64,000 nt of DNA from a virus (IMGVR_UViG_3300029305_005547:192001-256000); one strand, 5' to 3'; positions 50,284-61,171 are shown, numbered from the stretch's first letter. Numbers and translations: made by a program. Notes: generated by a model not told the origin, from the letters alone.

Positions 50284-53200
50284 ATGGGGTATCAAACTAT
50301 GAGTCCAGTTTTAACTGAAAGTGATGTTTCGATCCTGATGTCGCAAAAGACGACTGATGGTCAAACGTTATACTTATATCCCGTTGTTAGAGACGTAGAT
50401 GTTTTACTCACTGAAGAAAGTGCAGAATATGAGAACCTTGGTGAGATGTTGGAAGCTGGTGTAAAACCTAATGTCGCATCTTTACAGGCAATCTTTCAGA
50501 ATAGTGATGACATTGAATTCGAATTTGACGAAGAGACCGGTACAGTTGTAGGAACACATAAAAATGTCCTTGCAGCAGGTTCTGCTACTGCTACATCTGG
50601 TGATGTACAGTATGGTGCAACAATCGAAATTCCTACATTTTCTTTTGATAAAAACGGTCATATTACTTCTGTTGGTAAGAGCATTATCACTCTTCCTAAC
50701 GAATATGTACTTCCTAAGGCTTCTACTGGAAGTCTCGGTGGAATTATTGTCGGTGACGGATTAAATGTAGATCAGACTGGTTTAGTTTCTGTTAAAGAAG
50801 CTACCGAAAGTGAAGCAGGTGCTGTTAAACTTGTTTCTCTCACAAACTCTGATTCTACTACAGATGCTGCTACGCCTAAGGCTGTAAGTGACGCATTAGC
50901 AGCCGCTATCGATCATATTAATAACGAAATATCTAAGATTGACATGGAGGGTGTAACACCTAATTATGCTGATCTTATGAATATCTTTACAACAAGTGAA
51001 GATATGAAATTTACTATGGATGAAATGGCAAGAACTATTGCTGTTACCCATAGAAATAGTATTGCATCAGGTGAAGTTATTGGTACTGAAGGTAGTGTAG
51101 ATGCAGGTTCTGTAATTAAGATTCCAGCATTTTCTATTGATACCAAAGGACATGTAACATCACATAGATTAGTGAGCGTATCTTTACCAGCAGCATATAC
51201 ATTACCTACTGCATCAGCTGATGTTAAAGGTGGTATTGTAATAGGTGACGGTTTAGAAATTGATCCTACTACAGGTGAAACATCTGTGCGAAAAGGTTCT
51301 ACATCCGTTGAAGGTATGGTAAAGTTAAGTTCTATTGCGGAGTCTGACTCTGAAACTGAGGCAGCAACTCCTAAAGCCGTTAAAGACGCTTTAACTGCAG
51401 CTAAAGAACATGCAAATCAGGCAGTTGAAAACGTAAAAACTGAACTTAATGAAGAAGGTGTTGAAGCTAAGTATTCTTCTGTAGCTGGAAAACTTAATAG
51501 CAGTGATGATATTGAGGCTGAAAAAGACGATGCTAATGAAGTAATTAAGTTCACTCATAAAAATAAAATAGAAGCTGGTGCTGTTGCCAGCGGAGATACA
51601 TCAATTATTAATGGTGGATCTATTAATATTCCTATTTTTACATATGATTCTAATGGACATCTTGTAACAGTTGGAACTGAAACAGTTACAATTACTCCAT
51701 TAGTAGGTGAAAATGGAATTAAAATTGAAAATGAAAAGATAGGTCATAGTAATAATATTGCAGCAGGTACGACTCCTAAAACTGATACTAAGAAATTAGC
51801 TTTTGGCGAAGGATTCAAAGTTCCTGTTGTAACATATGATGCTAATGGTCATATTACAGCAGTAAGTTATGAAACGATGACATTACCTGATAATATCGAT
51901 ACAACATATACAGGTTCAAACGGTATTGTATTAGACGGTACTGTATTCAAGCATGGAAATAATGTTACTGCAGGTTCAGTAGTTCCTGGAACTACTGGAG
52001 ATCTTACATTTGGTGGAACTGTTAAGATTCCTACTTTCAAATATGATGCTAATGGTCATATCACTGAAGCTGGTATTGTAGAATTTACATTACCTGATAA
52101 TCCAAATGTAACTTACGAAATTTCTCAAACTTCTGATTCTATTGTGCTTACTGGTTCAGACGGAAAATCAACTTCTATTAAGAAGTCTTCTGTTTATACA
52201 CACCCTATTAGTGGTGTAACCGCAGGTACGTATAGATCAGTAACTGTTGATGCGTATGGTCACGTTACAGCTGGTTCTAACCCTACTACTTTAGCAGGTT
52301 ATGGAATCACTGATGCTGCTAAAAAAGAACATACGCATGGAAATGACGATATTACAAGTATTGATGGTAGTAAGATTACTGGAACTGTACCTATTAGTGC
52401 TATTCCTGCAGGTGCTTTAGAAAGACTTGTAGAAGTTGCTAGTATAGATGCAATGTATGCACTTACAACTGATGATGTTCAGTTAGGTGATACTGTACAA
52501 ATCGGTGAAGGTGGTCCGATGTATAAAGTAATAGATGTTACTAACCTTGGTAACTCTAAGGGTTATAAGGTTTATACAGCGGGAGCTGCATCTAGTGTTC
52601 CTTGGTCTGGTGTAACTGGAAAACCTGACACATACACACCTTCTGCACATACTCATTTATATGCTGGTTCTGCAACAGCAGGTGGTGCAGCAACAAACGC
52701 AATTAATGATAATGAGAATCAGAATATTGCGGAAACCTATATTAAAAATATAACCGTAAGTGGAACAACTGTTACGATTACCCGTGGTAATGGAACTTCA
52801 TTTACAGTTAAAACCCAAGATACAAATACAACTTACTCTGCAATGACTGGTGCTTCTTCATCTGCAGCTGGTGCTGCTGGACTTGTTCCTGCTCCTGCGG
52901 CTGGAAAACAGGCATCATTCTTAAGAGGTGATGGTACTTGGGCTACTCCTACAGATACTAAGTATACACATCCTACGCATACTGCATATACAAGCGGTCT
53001 TTATAAGGTAACTGTCGACGCAAGTGGACATGTTACATCTGCTACTGCAGTTACGAAAGATGATATTACTGCTTTAGGTATTCCTTCTACGAATACAACT
53101 TACTCTGCAATGACTGGCGCTTCTTCATCTGCAGCTGGTGCTGCTGGACTTGTTCCTGCTCCTGCGGCTGGAAAGCAAAGTTCATTCTTAAGAGGTGATG

Positions 53201-54687
53201 GTACTTGGGCTGTTCCTACAGATACTAAGTATACACATCCTAGTTATACTGAACAAGCAACCGGTCTTTATAAAATTACAGTAGATACTACAGGTCATGT
53301 TTCTGCAGTTACTGCAGTTACGAAAGATGATATTACTTCTTTAGGTATTCCTTCTACGAATACAACTTATTCAAACATGACGGCTGCAACATCTTCTGCT
53401 GCTGGTAAAGCTGGTTTAGTACCTGCTCCTGCGGCTGGAAAGCAAAGTTCATTCTTAAGAGGTGATGGTACTTGGGCTGTTCCTACAGATACTAAGTATA
53501 CACATCCTGCATATACAGCCCAAGCATCCGGTCTTTATAAAATTACCGTAGATGCTACAGGTCATGTTTCTGCAGTTACTGCAGTTACAAAGGCAGATAT
53601 TACTGCTTTAGGTATTCCTTCTACGAATACAACTTATTCAGCTGTAACTGAATCTGCTAATGGTTTAGCTACTTCAGCAATGCTTACGAAATTGAATGCT
53701 ATTTCTGATAGTGCAGATGCTGTATCATTCACACAGTCATTAACAAGTGGAACCAAGGTTGGTACCATTAATATTAACGGTGAAGATATTATTCTTTACG
53801 CTCCTAAGAATACTGATACACATTTTACATCTCATTTGTATGTAGGTGAATCAGGTGGTAATGCTAATGCTACTAGTGCGACAAGTAATCCTTACTTGTT
53901 AATGGTAGATAACACTACTCATAGGGATGGTGTACAACTTAAAGCAGGATCAAATATGTCTATCAGTGCTGTAAATGGTGTTGTTACTTTCACTGCAACA
54001 GATACTAAGTATACACATCCTACGCATACTGCATATACAAGCGGTCTTTATAAGGTAACTGTCGACGCAAGTGGACATGTTACATCTGCTACTGCAGTTA
54101 CGAAAGATGATATTACTGCTTTAGGTATTCCTTCTACGAATACAACTTATTCAAACATGACGGCTGCAACATCTTCTGCTGCTGGTAAAGCTGGACTTGT
54201 TCCTGCTCCTGCGGCTGGAAAGCAAAGTTCATTCTTAAGAGGTGATGGTACTTGGGCTGTTCCTACGAATACAACTTATTCAAACATGACAGCTGCAACT
54301 GCAGATGCTGCTGGTAAAGCTGGTTTAGTACCTGCTCCTGCGGCTGGAAAGCAAAGTTCATTCTTAAGAGGTGATGGTACTTGGGCTGTTCCTACGAATA
54401 CAACTTATTCAGTATTCGTTAAATCTGGTAGTGGAGCTAAAGCTGGACTTGTTCCTGCTCCTTCAACAACAGCTGGTACAACGAAATACTTAAGAGAAGA
54501 TGGAACATGGGTTAAACCGCCTAACACTACTTATAGTGTAGCAACAACATCTGCTAACGGTTTAATGTCCTCAGCAATGGTATCTAAAATGGATGGACTT
54601 GATAATAATGTCGTTTCTGATACGGCACCTTCAAATCCTTCAACAGGATACACAATGTGGTTCAATGTTTTATCAACTGAGTCATAA
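50284..54687 (+). CDS. long tail fibre protein
   Basis: GxVKL-S...AATPKAV, D.xGH(I/V)T and GLVPAPAAG...FLRGDGTW fibre repeats; late promoter at 50235-50247. Confidence 0.88.
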   Translation: MGYQTMSPVLTESDVSILMSQKTTDGQTLYLYPVVRDVDVLLTEESAEYENLGEMLEAGVKPNVASLQAIFQNSDDIEFEFDEETGTVVGTHKNVLAAGSATATSGDVQYGATIEIPTFSFDKNGHITSVGKSIITLPNEYVLPKASTGSLGGIIVGDGLNVDQTGLVSVKEATESEAGAVKLVSLTNSDSTTDAATPKAVSDALAAAIDHINNEISKIDMEGVTPNYADLMNIFTTSEDMKFTMDEMARTIAVTHRNSIASGEVIGTEGSVDAGSVIKIPAFSIDTKGHVTSHRLVSVSLPAAYTLPTASADVKGGIVIGDGLEIDPTTGETSVRKGSTSVEGMVKLSSIAESDSETEAATPKAVKDALTAAKEHANQAVENVKTELNEEGVEAKYSSVAGKLNSSDDIEAEKDDANEVIKFTHKNKIEAGAVASGDTSIINGGSINIPIFTYDSNGHLVTVGTETVTITPLVGENGIKIENEKIGHSNNIAAGTTPKTDTKKLAFGEGFKVPVVTYDANGHITAVSYETMTLPDNIDTTYTGSNGIVLDGTVFKHGNNVTAGSVVPGTTGDLTFGGTVKIPTFKYDANGHITEAGIVEFTLPDNPNVTYEISQTSDSIVLTGSDGKSTSIKKSSVYTHPISGVTAGTYRSVTVDAYGHVTAGSNPTTLAGYGITDAAKKEHTHGNDDITSIDGSKITGTVPISAIPAGALERLVEVASIDAMYALTTDDVQLGDTVQIGEGGPMYKVIDVTNLGNSKGYKVYTAGAASSVPWSGVTGKPDTYTPSAHTHLYAGSATAGGAATNAINDNENQNIAETYIKNITVSGTTVTITRGNGTSFTVKTQDTNTTYSAMTGASSSAAGAAGLVPAPAAGKQASFLRGDGTWATPTDTKYTHPTHTAYTSGLYKVTVDASGHVTSATAVTKDDITALGIPSTNTTYSAMTGASSSAAGAAGLVPAPAAGKQSSFLRGDGTWAVPTDTKYTHPSYTEQATGLYKITVDTTGHVSAVTAVTKDDITSLGIPSTNTTYSNMTAATSSAAGKAGLVPAPAAGKQSSFLRGDGTWAVPTDTKYTHPAYTAQASGLYKITVDATGHVSAVTAVTKADITALGIPSTNTTYSAVTESANGLATSAMLTKLNAISDSADAVSFTQSLTSGTKVGTININGEDIILYAPKNTDTHFTSHLYVGESGGNANATSATSNPYLLMVDNTTHRDGVQLKAGSNMSISAVNGVVTFTATDTKYTHPTHTAYTSGLYKVTVDASGHVTSATAVTKDDITALGIPSTNTTYSNMTAATSSAAGKAGLVPAPAAGKQSSFLRGDGTWAVPTNTTYSNMTAATADAAGKAGLVPAPAAGKQSSFLRGDGTWAVPTNTTYSVFVKSGSGAKAGLVPAPSTTAGTTKYLREDGTWVKPPNTTYSVATTSANGLMSSAMVSKMDGLDNNVVSDTAPSNPSTGYTMWFNVLSTES
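52822..54540 (+). repeat. modular near-identical direct repeats within the tail fibre
   Basis: Module A (TNTTYS...GLVPAP...LRxDGTW) x6 and module B (TDTKYTHP...GLYKxTVD..GHV...DITxLGIPS) x4; 52951-53102 is identical to 53998-54149. Confidence 0.9.
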
Positions 54688-54724
54688 CAGCTAGATAAAT
54701 AAAAAAGAAAGGAAACTATACAAA

Positions 54725-55009
54725 ATGAGTAATACGAACGAAAAAGTAACTGACTTCGATGCAAAAGTTCTTGCTGTAGAAGAATCAGCAGAACCTGCAC
54801 CTATTGAAGAAACAAAAACTACAGAAGCTGTAGCCCCTGAAGCTGTCGTTGTAGATCATATCATGTTCTCTGAACAAAATATGAATGCTGTAATGGCATA
54901 TCTTGACATGATTCAGGTTAAGGGCGTTGAAAATATCAACGCATTTTCGGAAGTTTGCAGAATTCTTACCACTACCGGTACAAGAGTTCCTGTGACAATT
55001 ACACAATAA
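54725..55009 (+). CDS. small protein downstream of the fibre (possible fibre assembly chaperone)
   Basis: Position and AAAGGA RBS; terminator at 55016-55044. Confidence 0.55.
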   Translation: MSNTNEKVTDFDAKVLAVEESAEPAPIEETKTTEAVAPEAVVVDHIMFSEQNMNAVMAYLDMIQVKGVENINAFSEVCRILTTTGTRVPVTITQ

Positions 55010-55049
55010 AAAATAAGAGGTTGAGATGTAAAATCTCAACCTCTTCTAT

Positions 55050-56165
55050 TTAGTTCCAACGTCCAAATCGTTCATTAAGTTTTCGACGTGGTACGTAATC
55101 AACATGCTTTGGTATATCCAAATAAGATGATATATCTGAAACTACAGTAAATTCATCCGAATTTACATCAATAGGACAGTCTACAGAATTAACTACACTT
55201 TTAATTGCATCTAACACTCTATTACTACAATAAGCAATTTCTGATATATCTACACTATCTCTATCAGTACTCCTGTCCAATTCTTTAAATAATGCTTTAT
55301 CAAAAGACCTTTTAAATATACTTAAATCAGTCATTCTGTTTTTACACATTGACCAAAGAACTGAAGATAAAGTAAACATGAAGTCACTAGCTTTATTAAA
55401 AGTGTCTTCAAATTCTGTTTTACTGAGAGATTTATGATTTTCTAATATAACTTTTAGTGAGCTAAAACCTCTGTAGTGTGTAGGACTCATTCTAAGAAAA
55501 TCATCAAATGCTTCTTTAATTATGAACATGAAACTGTCATTCAGTGCATTCAATGTGGATAATAATATCCGTTCAGTTAATGTCGGATTAACCATTAAAT
55601 CTGTCATATTAGATTTTCTTCCAGCCCGTCCATAAATATTAGTTAAATATATTTTTTGGATACGGGTAAGATTATAATTAATATTATGCATCATAGTTTG
55701 GTTAAAAACATTAATTGATATAAATGGTATCATACGACCATATTGATCTTTGGTTCTTTCTAATTTAATAATTTCCTTAGAATTAAAGTGTTCCACAAAT
55801 TGTTCTCCGACCATTTTAAATATATCACTTAAAATAGATCCACTCATTTGATCTGAATCATATTTAATAGGAACTTCAAATTTACTTAAAATTCCTATAT
55901 CCATATCTTCAGGTTTCTCTCCTTCTTTAAAAAGATTCATAGCAGCTTCGTAATCAGAGAAAATATCATTTTCATGTGAATAAAATGGAATATGCTCTCT
56001 TTTAGGTCTTCCATCGCCCTTAACTTTATCATGACGAATAATATTGAATCTTTTGCTGACTTTTTCCAAAACGTCATCTATAGGTTCAATTTCATCATCG
56101 TCATTTTTCCACATATTCTGGCTTACGTATTTATTTAGTAAGTTATCTAAATCTACTTTTGACAT
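55050..56165 (-). CDS. hypothetical protein
   Basis: AAGGAGG RBS; 371 aa. Confidence 0.75.
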   Translation of the reverse strand: MSKVDLDNLLNKYVSQNMWKNDDDEIEPIDDVLEKVSKRFNIIRHDKVKGDGRPKREHIPFYSHENDIFSDYEAAMNLFKEGEKPEDMDIGILSKFEVPIKYDSDQMSGSILSDIFKMVGEQFVEHFNSKEIIKLERTKDQYGRMIPFISINVFNQTMMHNINYNLTRIQKIYLTNIYGRAGRKSNMTDLMVNPTLTERILLSTLNALNDSFMFIIKEAFDDFLRMSPTHYRGFSSLKVILENHKSLSKTEFEDTFNKASDFMFTLSSVLWSMCKNRMTDLSIFKRSFDKALFKELDRSTDRDSVDISEIAYCSNRVLDAIKSVVNSVDCPIDVNSDEFTVVSDISSYLDIPKHVDYVPRRKLNERFGRWN

Positions 56166-56186
56166 AGTTTCCTCCTTACAAAATAT

Positions 56187-56216
56187 TAGGAGGAAGTATG
56201 ACCATACTTCCTCCTA
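56187..56216 (-). terminator. terminator after gyrA
   Basis: TAGGAGGAAGTATG/CATACTTCCTCCTA. Confidence 0.7.
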
Positions 56217-56221
56217 AATTA

Positions 56222-58675
56222 TTACATAATTATCATTGACAATATTACATCACCCTTAGGACACTTAAGCATCTTATCTGCTTTAGCAGCTCTTGTCTTA
56301 ACAGGAATATCAGAAACATTTAAAGTTTCAGTTCCAGATTTCTTCTTATAGAACATAAGCTTTTCATTACCAGATACAGATTTAACCGATACTAAATATT
56401 CCTGTGAATCAAGATTAATGAGACATAACGGTTCATCTTTCTTATTCATAACAGGGAAATACTGTAATTCGGTTTTCTTTACACGTCCGGATGATGTTAC
56501 ATAAACAAGATACTGATCTTCGGGTCTCATAAGATTAGCACCCATTATCTTTTCAGCACCCTTAAGAGTTACAAGTCGTGAACCTTTACTTCCAGGAAGT
56601 TGTAATTGAATATCAGATACTGGATATCTCACACCATCACCATAATCAGTAAACATGATAATATCACGGTTTTCATTATCAGTACATAATACAACTTCGA
56701 GTTCATCACCATCATTAAGCAAAATAGCTTGTGACGAACCAGACTGTATGTCTTTACTTTTAAAGAATGAACTTATAGATACTCGTTTAGCAATACCTTT
56801 CGCTGTAATCATTATGAAGAAATAATCTTTCAGATTACTTGCATTCTTAGGTACAACACTGCATGATACTACTCTACTTCCTTTTGAAAGTTTGATATAT
56901 TTTGATATATCAAGTCCATTGTTTTTCTCTTTAAGAAGTGGTATAGCTGATACTTGTAAGAAGTGCTTAACACCTGCACTATCAAACATAATCAATGTAT
57001 CAGTATCTTCAGCGGGCATAACCATCATCATTGCAGATGAATCTTTAGATACAGAACCGATAGGTTTTCCATCCTGTAATATCTTTTTGATATATCCATC
57101 TTCAGTAATTCCAATAATACAAGAATTATTTACAGCTATGGCATTTTCATCTTCTACAACAACTGATCTACGACCACGACCATATTTCTTTATACCTTCT
57201 TCCATCTCTTTAATAATAACTTTATCAACCTTAGTATCACTATCAATGATCTTAGAAAGTTCTTTAATTTCTTCTTCAAGTTTTTCACCTTCATCTTTAA
57301 ATGCCAAACGTGAATCTTGGTTAAATGATGATGTAGGCATACCAGCAATAATCTTTGCCTGTAAACTTGTAATATTATATGCTTTCATCAAAGCTTCACG
57401 ATATTCATCGATATTCTTTGATTTCTTAGCAATTTCCAATGTTTTTTCAATATTATCGTTCTTGCATAAGAATACTTTAATCTTGTTAATATGTTGCTTC
57501 TCAAGAAGATTCGATAATCTATTATTGAGTGATGCTCTCACCATATCTCTTCTGTAATCGATCCAGTTAAGAAGAACATCTCTTACTGAATAATCATCAG
57601 ATACGAAATCATCAATAAGAATAATACTTGATGCATTGGTCTTTTTAAGAGATACTTTAGATTTATATAACTTAGCAAGAACTTCATCCGGGTTAACAGA
57701 AACTTCTTTTGCTTCTTTACCCTTATCTTTTACATTTATTTTATGATATAGAACTATTTCAAGATTAAGACCATCCTGATCTGTCGTTCTATCATTTACT
57801 TCTTTAATTTCATCAAAACCACCAGCCAATCTCAAATTATTAATTGCGGTTATAATCATATTGGTATTAACCTGCATAGGAACTGATGTGAATGTAATGA
57901 CGTTATTAAGGTAATCAATATTCGCATGAGCTCTCATTTTAATTTTGACATCATTTTCAGCCTTTTCAAATATTTCCTTTGCTTCTTTCTTTGTCATAAT
58001 GAGATCTGCACCTGTAGGAAGATCTGGATAAATAAGAACTTTAGCCTTAGGATCTTCAATTAATGCAATAACCGCCTCACAAATTTCAGTGAAATTATAC
58101 GGAGGTATATTACTCGAAAATCCATAACCAATACTCGAAAATCCTCCGTTGATTATTGCTACAGGATATTTAGCAGGTAATGTTACTGGTTCATAACTTT
58201 CTCCAGTATATGCAAGTCTCATATCTACACTTGAATTTTCAAAATCGCTAAAGTAACAGTCATATGCAAAGTCACTTATAGCTACGTCTAAATAACGAGG
58301 AGCCGCAGCAGCCTCACCACGGATAGATCCATTATTTCCCGGTGTGTAAATAAGTGGTACATTATTAGTCCAATCCTGGCTCATACCTATACACACATCT
58401 GCTATAGAACTATCACCATGTGGGTGAAATTCGACTGCATTAGATGCAGCTCTAGATAATTTGAGAAGACGACCTTTATATCGTCCTTCTTTATATAAAC
58501 CATATAAAACTCTTCGTTCAACAGGTTTTAAACCGTCAATCAAAGATGGGAAGTAACGGTACAAGTTTTTATTTGCACCGTATATCTTCTGCCATTCTTC
58601 AGACTTTTCGGCAATATTAACCTGAATTATAGTTTCACCGAATTTACTCGGATCAATTTTAGTTGGTGTTGCCAT
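56222..58675 (-). CDS. gyrA: type IIA topoisomerase (DNA gyrase) subunit A
   Basis: DGLKPVERR, HPHGDSS, catalytic AAAPRY, and C-terminal beta-pinwheel blades (GYIKK, GIAKR, GRVKK). Confidence 0.93.
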   Translation of the reverse strand: MATPTKIDPSKFGETIIQVNIAEKSEEWQKIYGANKNLYRYFPSLIDGLKPVERRVLYGLYKEGRYKGRLLKLSRAASNAVEFHPHGDSSIADVCIGMSQDWTNNVPLIYTPGNNGSIRGEAAAAPRYLDVAISDFAYDCYFSDFENSSVDMRLAYTGESYEPVTLPAKYPVAIINGGFSSIGYGFSSNIPPYNFTEICEAVIALIEDPKAKVLIYPDLPTGADLIMTKKEAKEIFEKAENDVKIKMRAHANIDYLNNVITFTSVPMQVNTNMIITAINNLRLAGGFDEIKEVNDRTTDQDGLNLEIVLYHKINVKDKGKEAKEVSVNPDEVLAKLYKSKVSLKKTNASSIILIDDFVSDDYSVRDVLLNWIDYRRDMVRASLNNRLSNLLEKQHINKIKVFLCKNDNIEKTLEIAKKSKNIDEYREALMKAYNITSLQAKIIAGMPTSSFNQDSRLAFKDEGEKLEEEIKELSKIIDSDTKVDKVIIKEMEEGIKKYGRGRRSVVVEDENAIAVNNSCIIGITEDGYIKKILQDGKPIGSVSKDSSAMMMVMPAEDTDTLIMFDSAGVKHFLQVSAIPLLKEKNNGLDISKYIKLSKGSRVVSCSVVPKNASNLKDYFFIMITAKGIAKRVSISSFFKSKDIQSGSSQAILLNDGDELEVVLCTDNENRDIIMFTDYGDGVRYPVSDIQLQLPGSKGSRLVTLKGAEKIMGANLMRPEDQYLVYVTSSGRVKKTELQYFPVMNKKDEPLCLINLDSQEYLVSVKSVSGNEKLMFYKKKSGTETLNVSDIPVKTRAAKADKMLKCPKGDVILSMIIM

Positions 58676-58696
58676 AGTCTTTAGTTTCCTTTCATT

Positions 58697-61171
58697 TTAA
58701 TTATCAAGGTCATCCTGTTTGATTCGATACTCTTCCATCATTTTCTTTCGAGCATTTTTATCTTTATTTGAAGTTCCATGAAGTTTATCAAATACCTTCA
58801 AATCCTTCTTAAGATCTCCAATTGTTAACTGGATAAGTACTCTACTACTAGGATCAAGAGTTGTTCCATACAAATCTTCAGGAGACATTTCTCCAAGTCC
58901 CTTATAACGGGCATCAATGTTAGGAATATACTTACAGTATTTCGTACTAAATTGTCCAATGGACATTTGATTATAATCACCGTCTTTTTCTTTAACAAGT
59001 AGTGCATAACCATATTTACGATATACATCGAACAAATCAACGATCTTATTCATAAATCTATGTCCTAAATTAAGGGATGTATAATGACCCTCTGCAATAC
59101 CGGACATAGTATTAGTATCTTCATAATACTTAATTTCAGGAAACATCACCTGAATAGTTGACATAAAATCTGTAAGTATTTTTTGGTCTTTAAACAGATT
59201 AGCAACATCTGTGTCTCTGGAAATGCCAGGGAACTTATAAACCAAATATGATGCAATTCTTTCAATTAAGAATGCATTGGATTTAAAATGTGCTGCAATT
59301 GAAGTAAGTGTGTCTAAATAATCAACTGTATCAAGAAGATATTCTCTGAACTCATCTTTCTTAAGACTATTATTTCCAAAAGCAACTACTTTTACATCAT
59401 AATTCTTAATAACTTTATCTCTGTAAAGGTCTACGTATTCTTCCTTATTATGGATAAATACAGACTTCTTTCCATCACTGATTTTGTAAAGAGGGGGTAA
59501 AGCTTTATATAACTTACCTGCTTCAACAATACCAGGAAGCGCTGTGATAAAGAATGCTGACATCGCAGACGAAATTCCATGGCCATCAATATCTGCATCT
59601 GTTAAGATAATAATCTTATCAAAATACAGTTTATTGATATCAAAATTCTTTCCTATTCCACAACGCAAAATGTTAACCAATGTTCTCCATTCTCTATTAC
59701 CAGAGTTTGGATCCATTAACTGAACTAATGTCTTCTTATAAGGATTAGCAGTCATACCTCTAACCGCAAAGAATGCCTGAAAATTAGGATTTCTTCTTCT
59801 TGTAGCAGAACCCTTAGCAGAATCACCTTCAACGATAAAAATTTCACGATAATCGTTCTTACCGGTGTTAAGACATCTGTCATAATTAGGAATTTGCTGT
59901 TCCTTTAAAGGAGTCATTGTTTCTTTAGTTGTAGCAACTCTTGCCTTGGTTGCTTCAACACGAGCACGTGCGTTTGTTTTAATAATCTTTATTACTGCAC
60001 GTAATTTCTCAGGATTAGAAGAAAAGAAGTTCTCAATTTCTTCTGTAAATCCATTATAAAGAATAGGTCTTAAAGTTTCAGCTTTAATCTTTTCCTTTAC
60101 ATTTCCTTCGAACTGAACATTTGCATTCGTGTTAAGGAATACAACCATTTTAAGTCCAGTTCTAATATCATTCCAAAGAATATCAAGTTTACCTTTTTCA
60201 TTCTCTGTCATAGAATCTTTTACTGCTTTCTGAATATAGGTACAGAAAGCCTTTTCTGCTGCATCCATATGAACACCACCGGAAATAGTATTAGTGAAGT
60301 TACAATATGAATCATACATAGGATCAATAGAATCGTCGTATGCTAACATAAGTCCGTAATTAGCATTTCTGTGTTTAACTACTGTGTCAACATCCTTGGT
60401 TCTATCCGTATTAATAACTTCTTCATCAAACTCTTCACTTCTTTCGAATGTAATAGGTTTGAGAATAATATTTTGAGAACAGATATCGTACAAAAGACCG
60501 ATTGGATCTCTTTTCTCAAATACGATATGTTTGATCTCTTTCATTCCTTCACGAACTGTAAAATCAAGTCTCATGTTATTTGTGAAGAAATAAGAAATTT
60601 TTGCAATCCACTCTTCAATTGTATCACAAGGAAGATGTGTATTCGGGCCAAGATATTTTCTACTAGGAATCATCTTGGTAATCATCCCGTGTTGTTTACC
60701 TTTCTTATCTATAGGCTTAACTTCATCAAGCACTTTCTTTCCTTGTCGGAAAGAAATAGTATGAGCAGTCTTTTCCTTTTCACGATAAGATGTCATAGTA
60801 AACTCATCAGACAATGCGTTGCAACAGGTAATACCAATTCCAAATTCACCAGCACTACCTTCTCCATCATCACGCATAAATTTTGATCCAGCCTGTATCT
60901 TTGTACAACAAATATCAAGAGGATAATCATCTTCAGGAATACCACGACCGTCGTCCTCTACTATGATTGAATCCTCTAATTTATCAATTATAACACTTAT
61001 GTTACTACCCTCTGACTTAGGGTTCTTACATTCATCTGTACTATTCTGGACAACTTCTTTTGTAAGATGAAATGCACCTTCAGGTCCATAAGACTTAAGG
61101 TATAAGTTTGTTTTCATCTGAATTTTTTCAATGTCATCCTCAATGTACATCATTTTAGAATCTTGAGCCAT
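58697..61171 (-). CDS. gyrB: type IIA topoisomerase (DNA gyrase) subunit B
   Basis: GHKL motifs EVVQNSTDE and DDGRGIP; TOPRIM motifs EGDSA and DADIDG; YKGLGEM. Confidence 0.95.
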   Translation of the reverse strand: MAQDSKMMYIEDDIEKIQMKTNLYLKSYGPEGAFHLTKEVVQNSTDECKNPKSEGSNISVIIDKLEDSIIVEDDGRGIPEDDYPLDICCTKIQAGSKFMRDDGEGSAGEFGIGITCCNALSDEFTMTSYREKEKTAHTISFRQGKKVLDEVKPIDKKGKQHGMITKMIPSRKYLGPNTHLPCDTIEEWIAKISYFFTNNMRLDFTVREGMKEIKHIVFEKRDPIGLLYDICSQNIILKPITFERSEEFDEEVINTDRTKDVDTVVKHRNANYGLMLAYDDSIDPMYDSYCNFTNTISGGVHMDAAEKAFCTYIQKAVKDSMTENEKGKLDILWNDIRTGLKMVVFLNTNANVQFEGNVKEKIKAETLRPILYNGFTEEIENFFSSNPEKLRAVIKIIKTNARARVEATKARVATTKETMTPLKEQQIPNYDRCLNTGKNDYREIFIVEGDSAKGSATRRRNPNFQAFFAVRGMTANPYKKTLVQLMDPNSGNREWRTLVNILRCGIGKNFDINKLYFDKIIILTDADIDGHGISSAMSAFFITALPGIVEAGKLYKALPPLYKISDGKKSVFIHNKEEYVDLYRDKVIKNYDVKVVAFGNNSLKKDEFREYLLDTVDYLDTLTSIAAHFKSNAFLIERIASYLVYKFPGISRDTDVANLFKDQKILTDFMSTIQVMFPEIKYYEDTNTMSGIAEGHYTSLNLGHRFMNKIVDLFDVYRKYGYALLVKEKDGDYNQMSIGQFSTKYCKYIPNIDARYKGLGEMSPEDLYGTTLDPSSRVLIQLTIGDLKKDLKVFDKLHGTSNKDKNARKKMMEEYRIKQDDLDN

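Noticed and set aside
52822-54540. Diversity-generating retroelement or invertible fibre cassette
   Set aside because: The repeats are direct, in-frame and lack adenine-specific variation; no reverse transcriptase or invertase in the window.
19139-61171. Inteins in the helicase, ligase or gyrase
   Set aside because: No C/S...HN-(C/S/T) splice motifs seen; the GyrB insert lacks intein ends.
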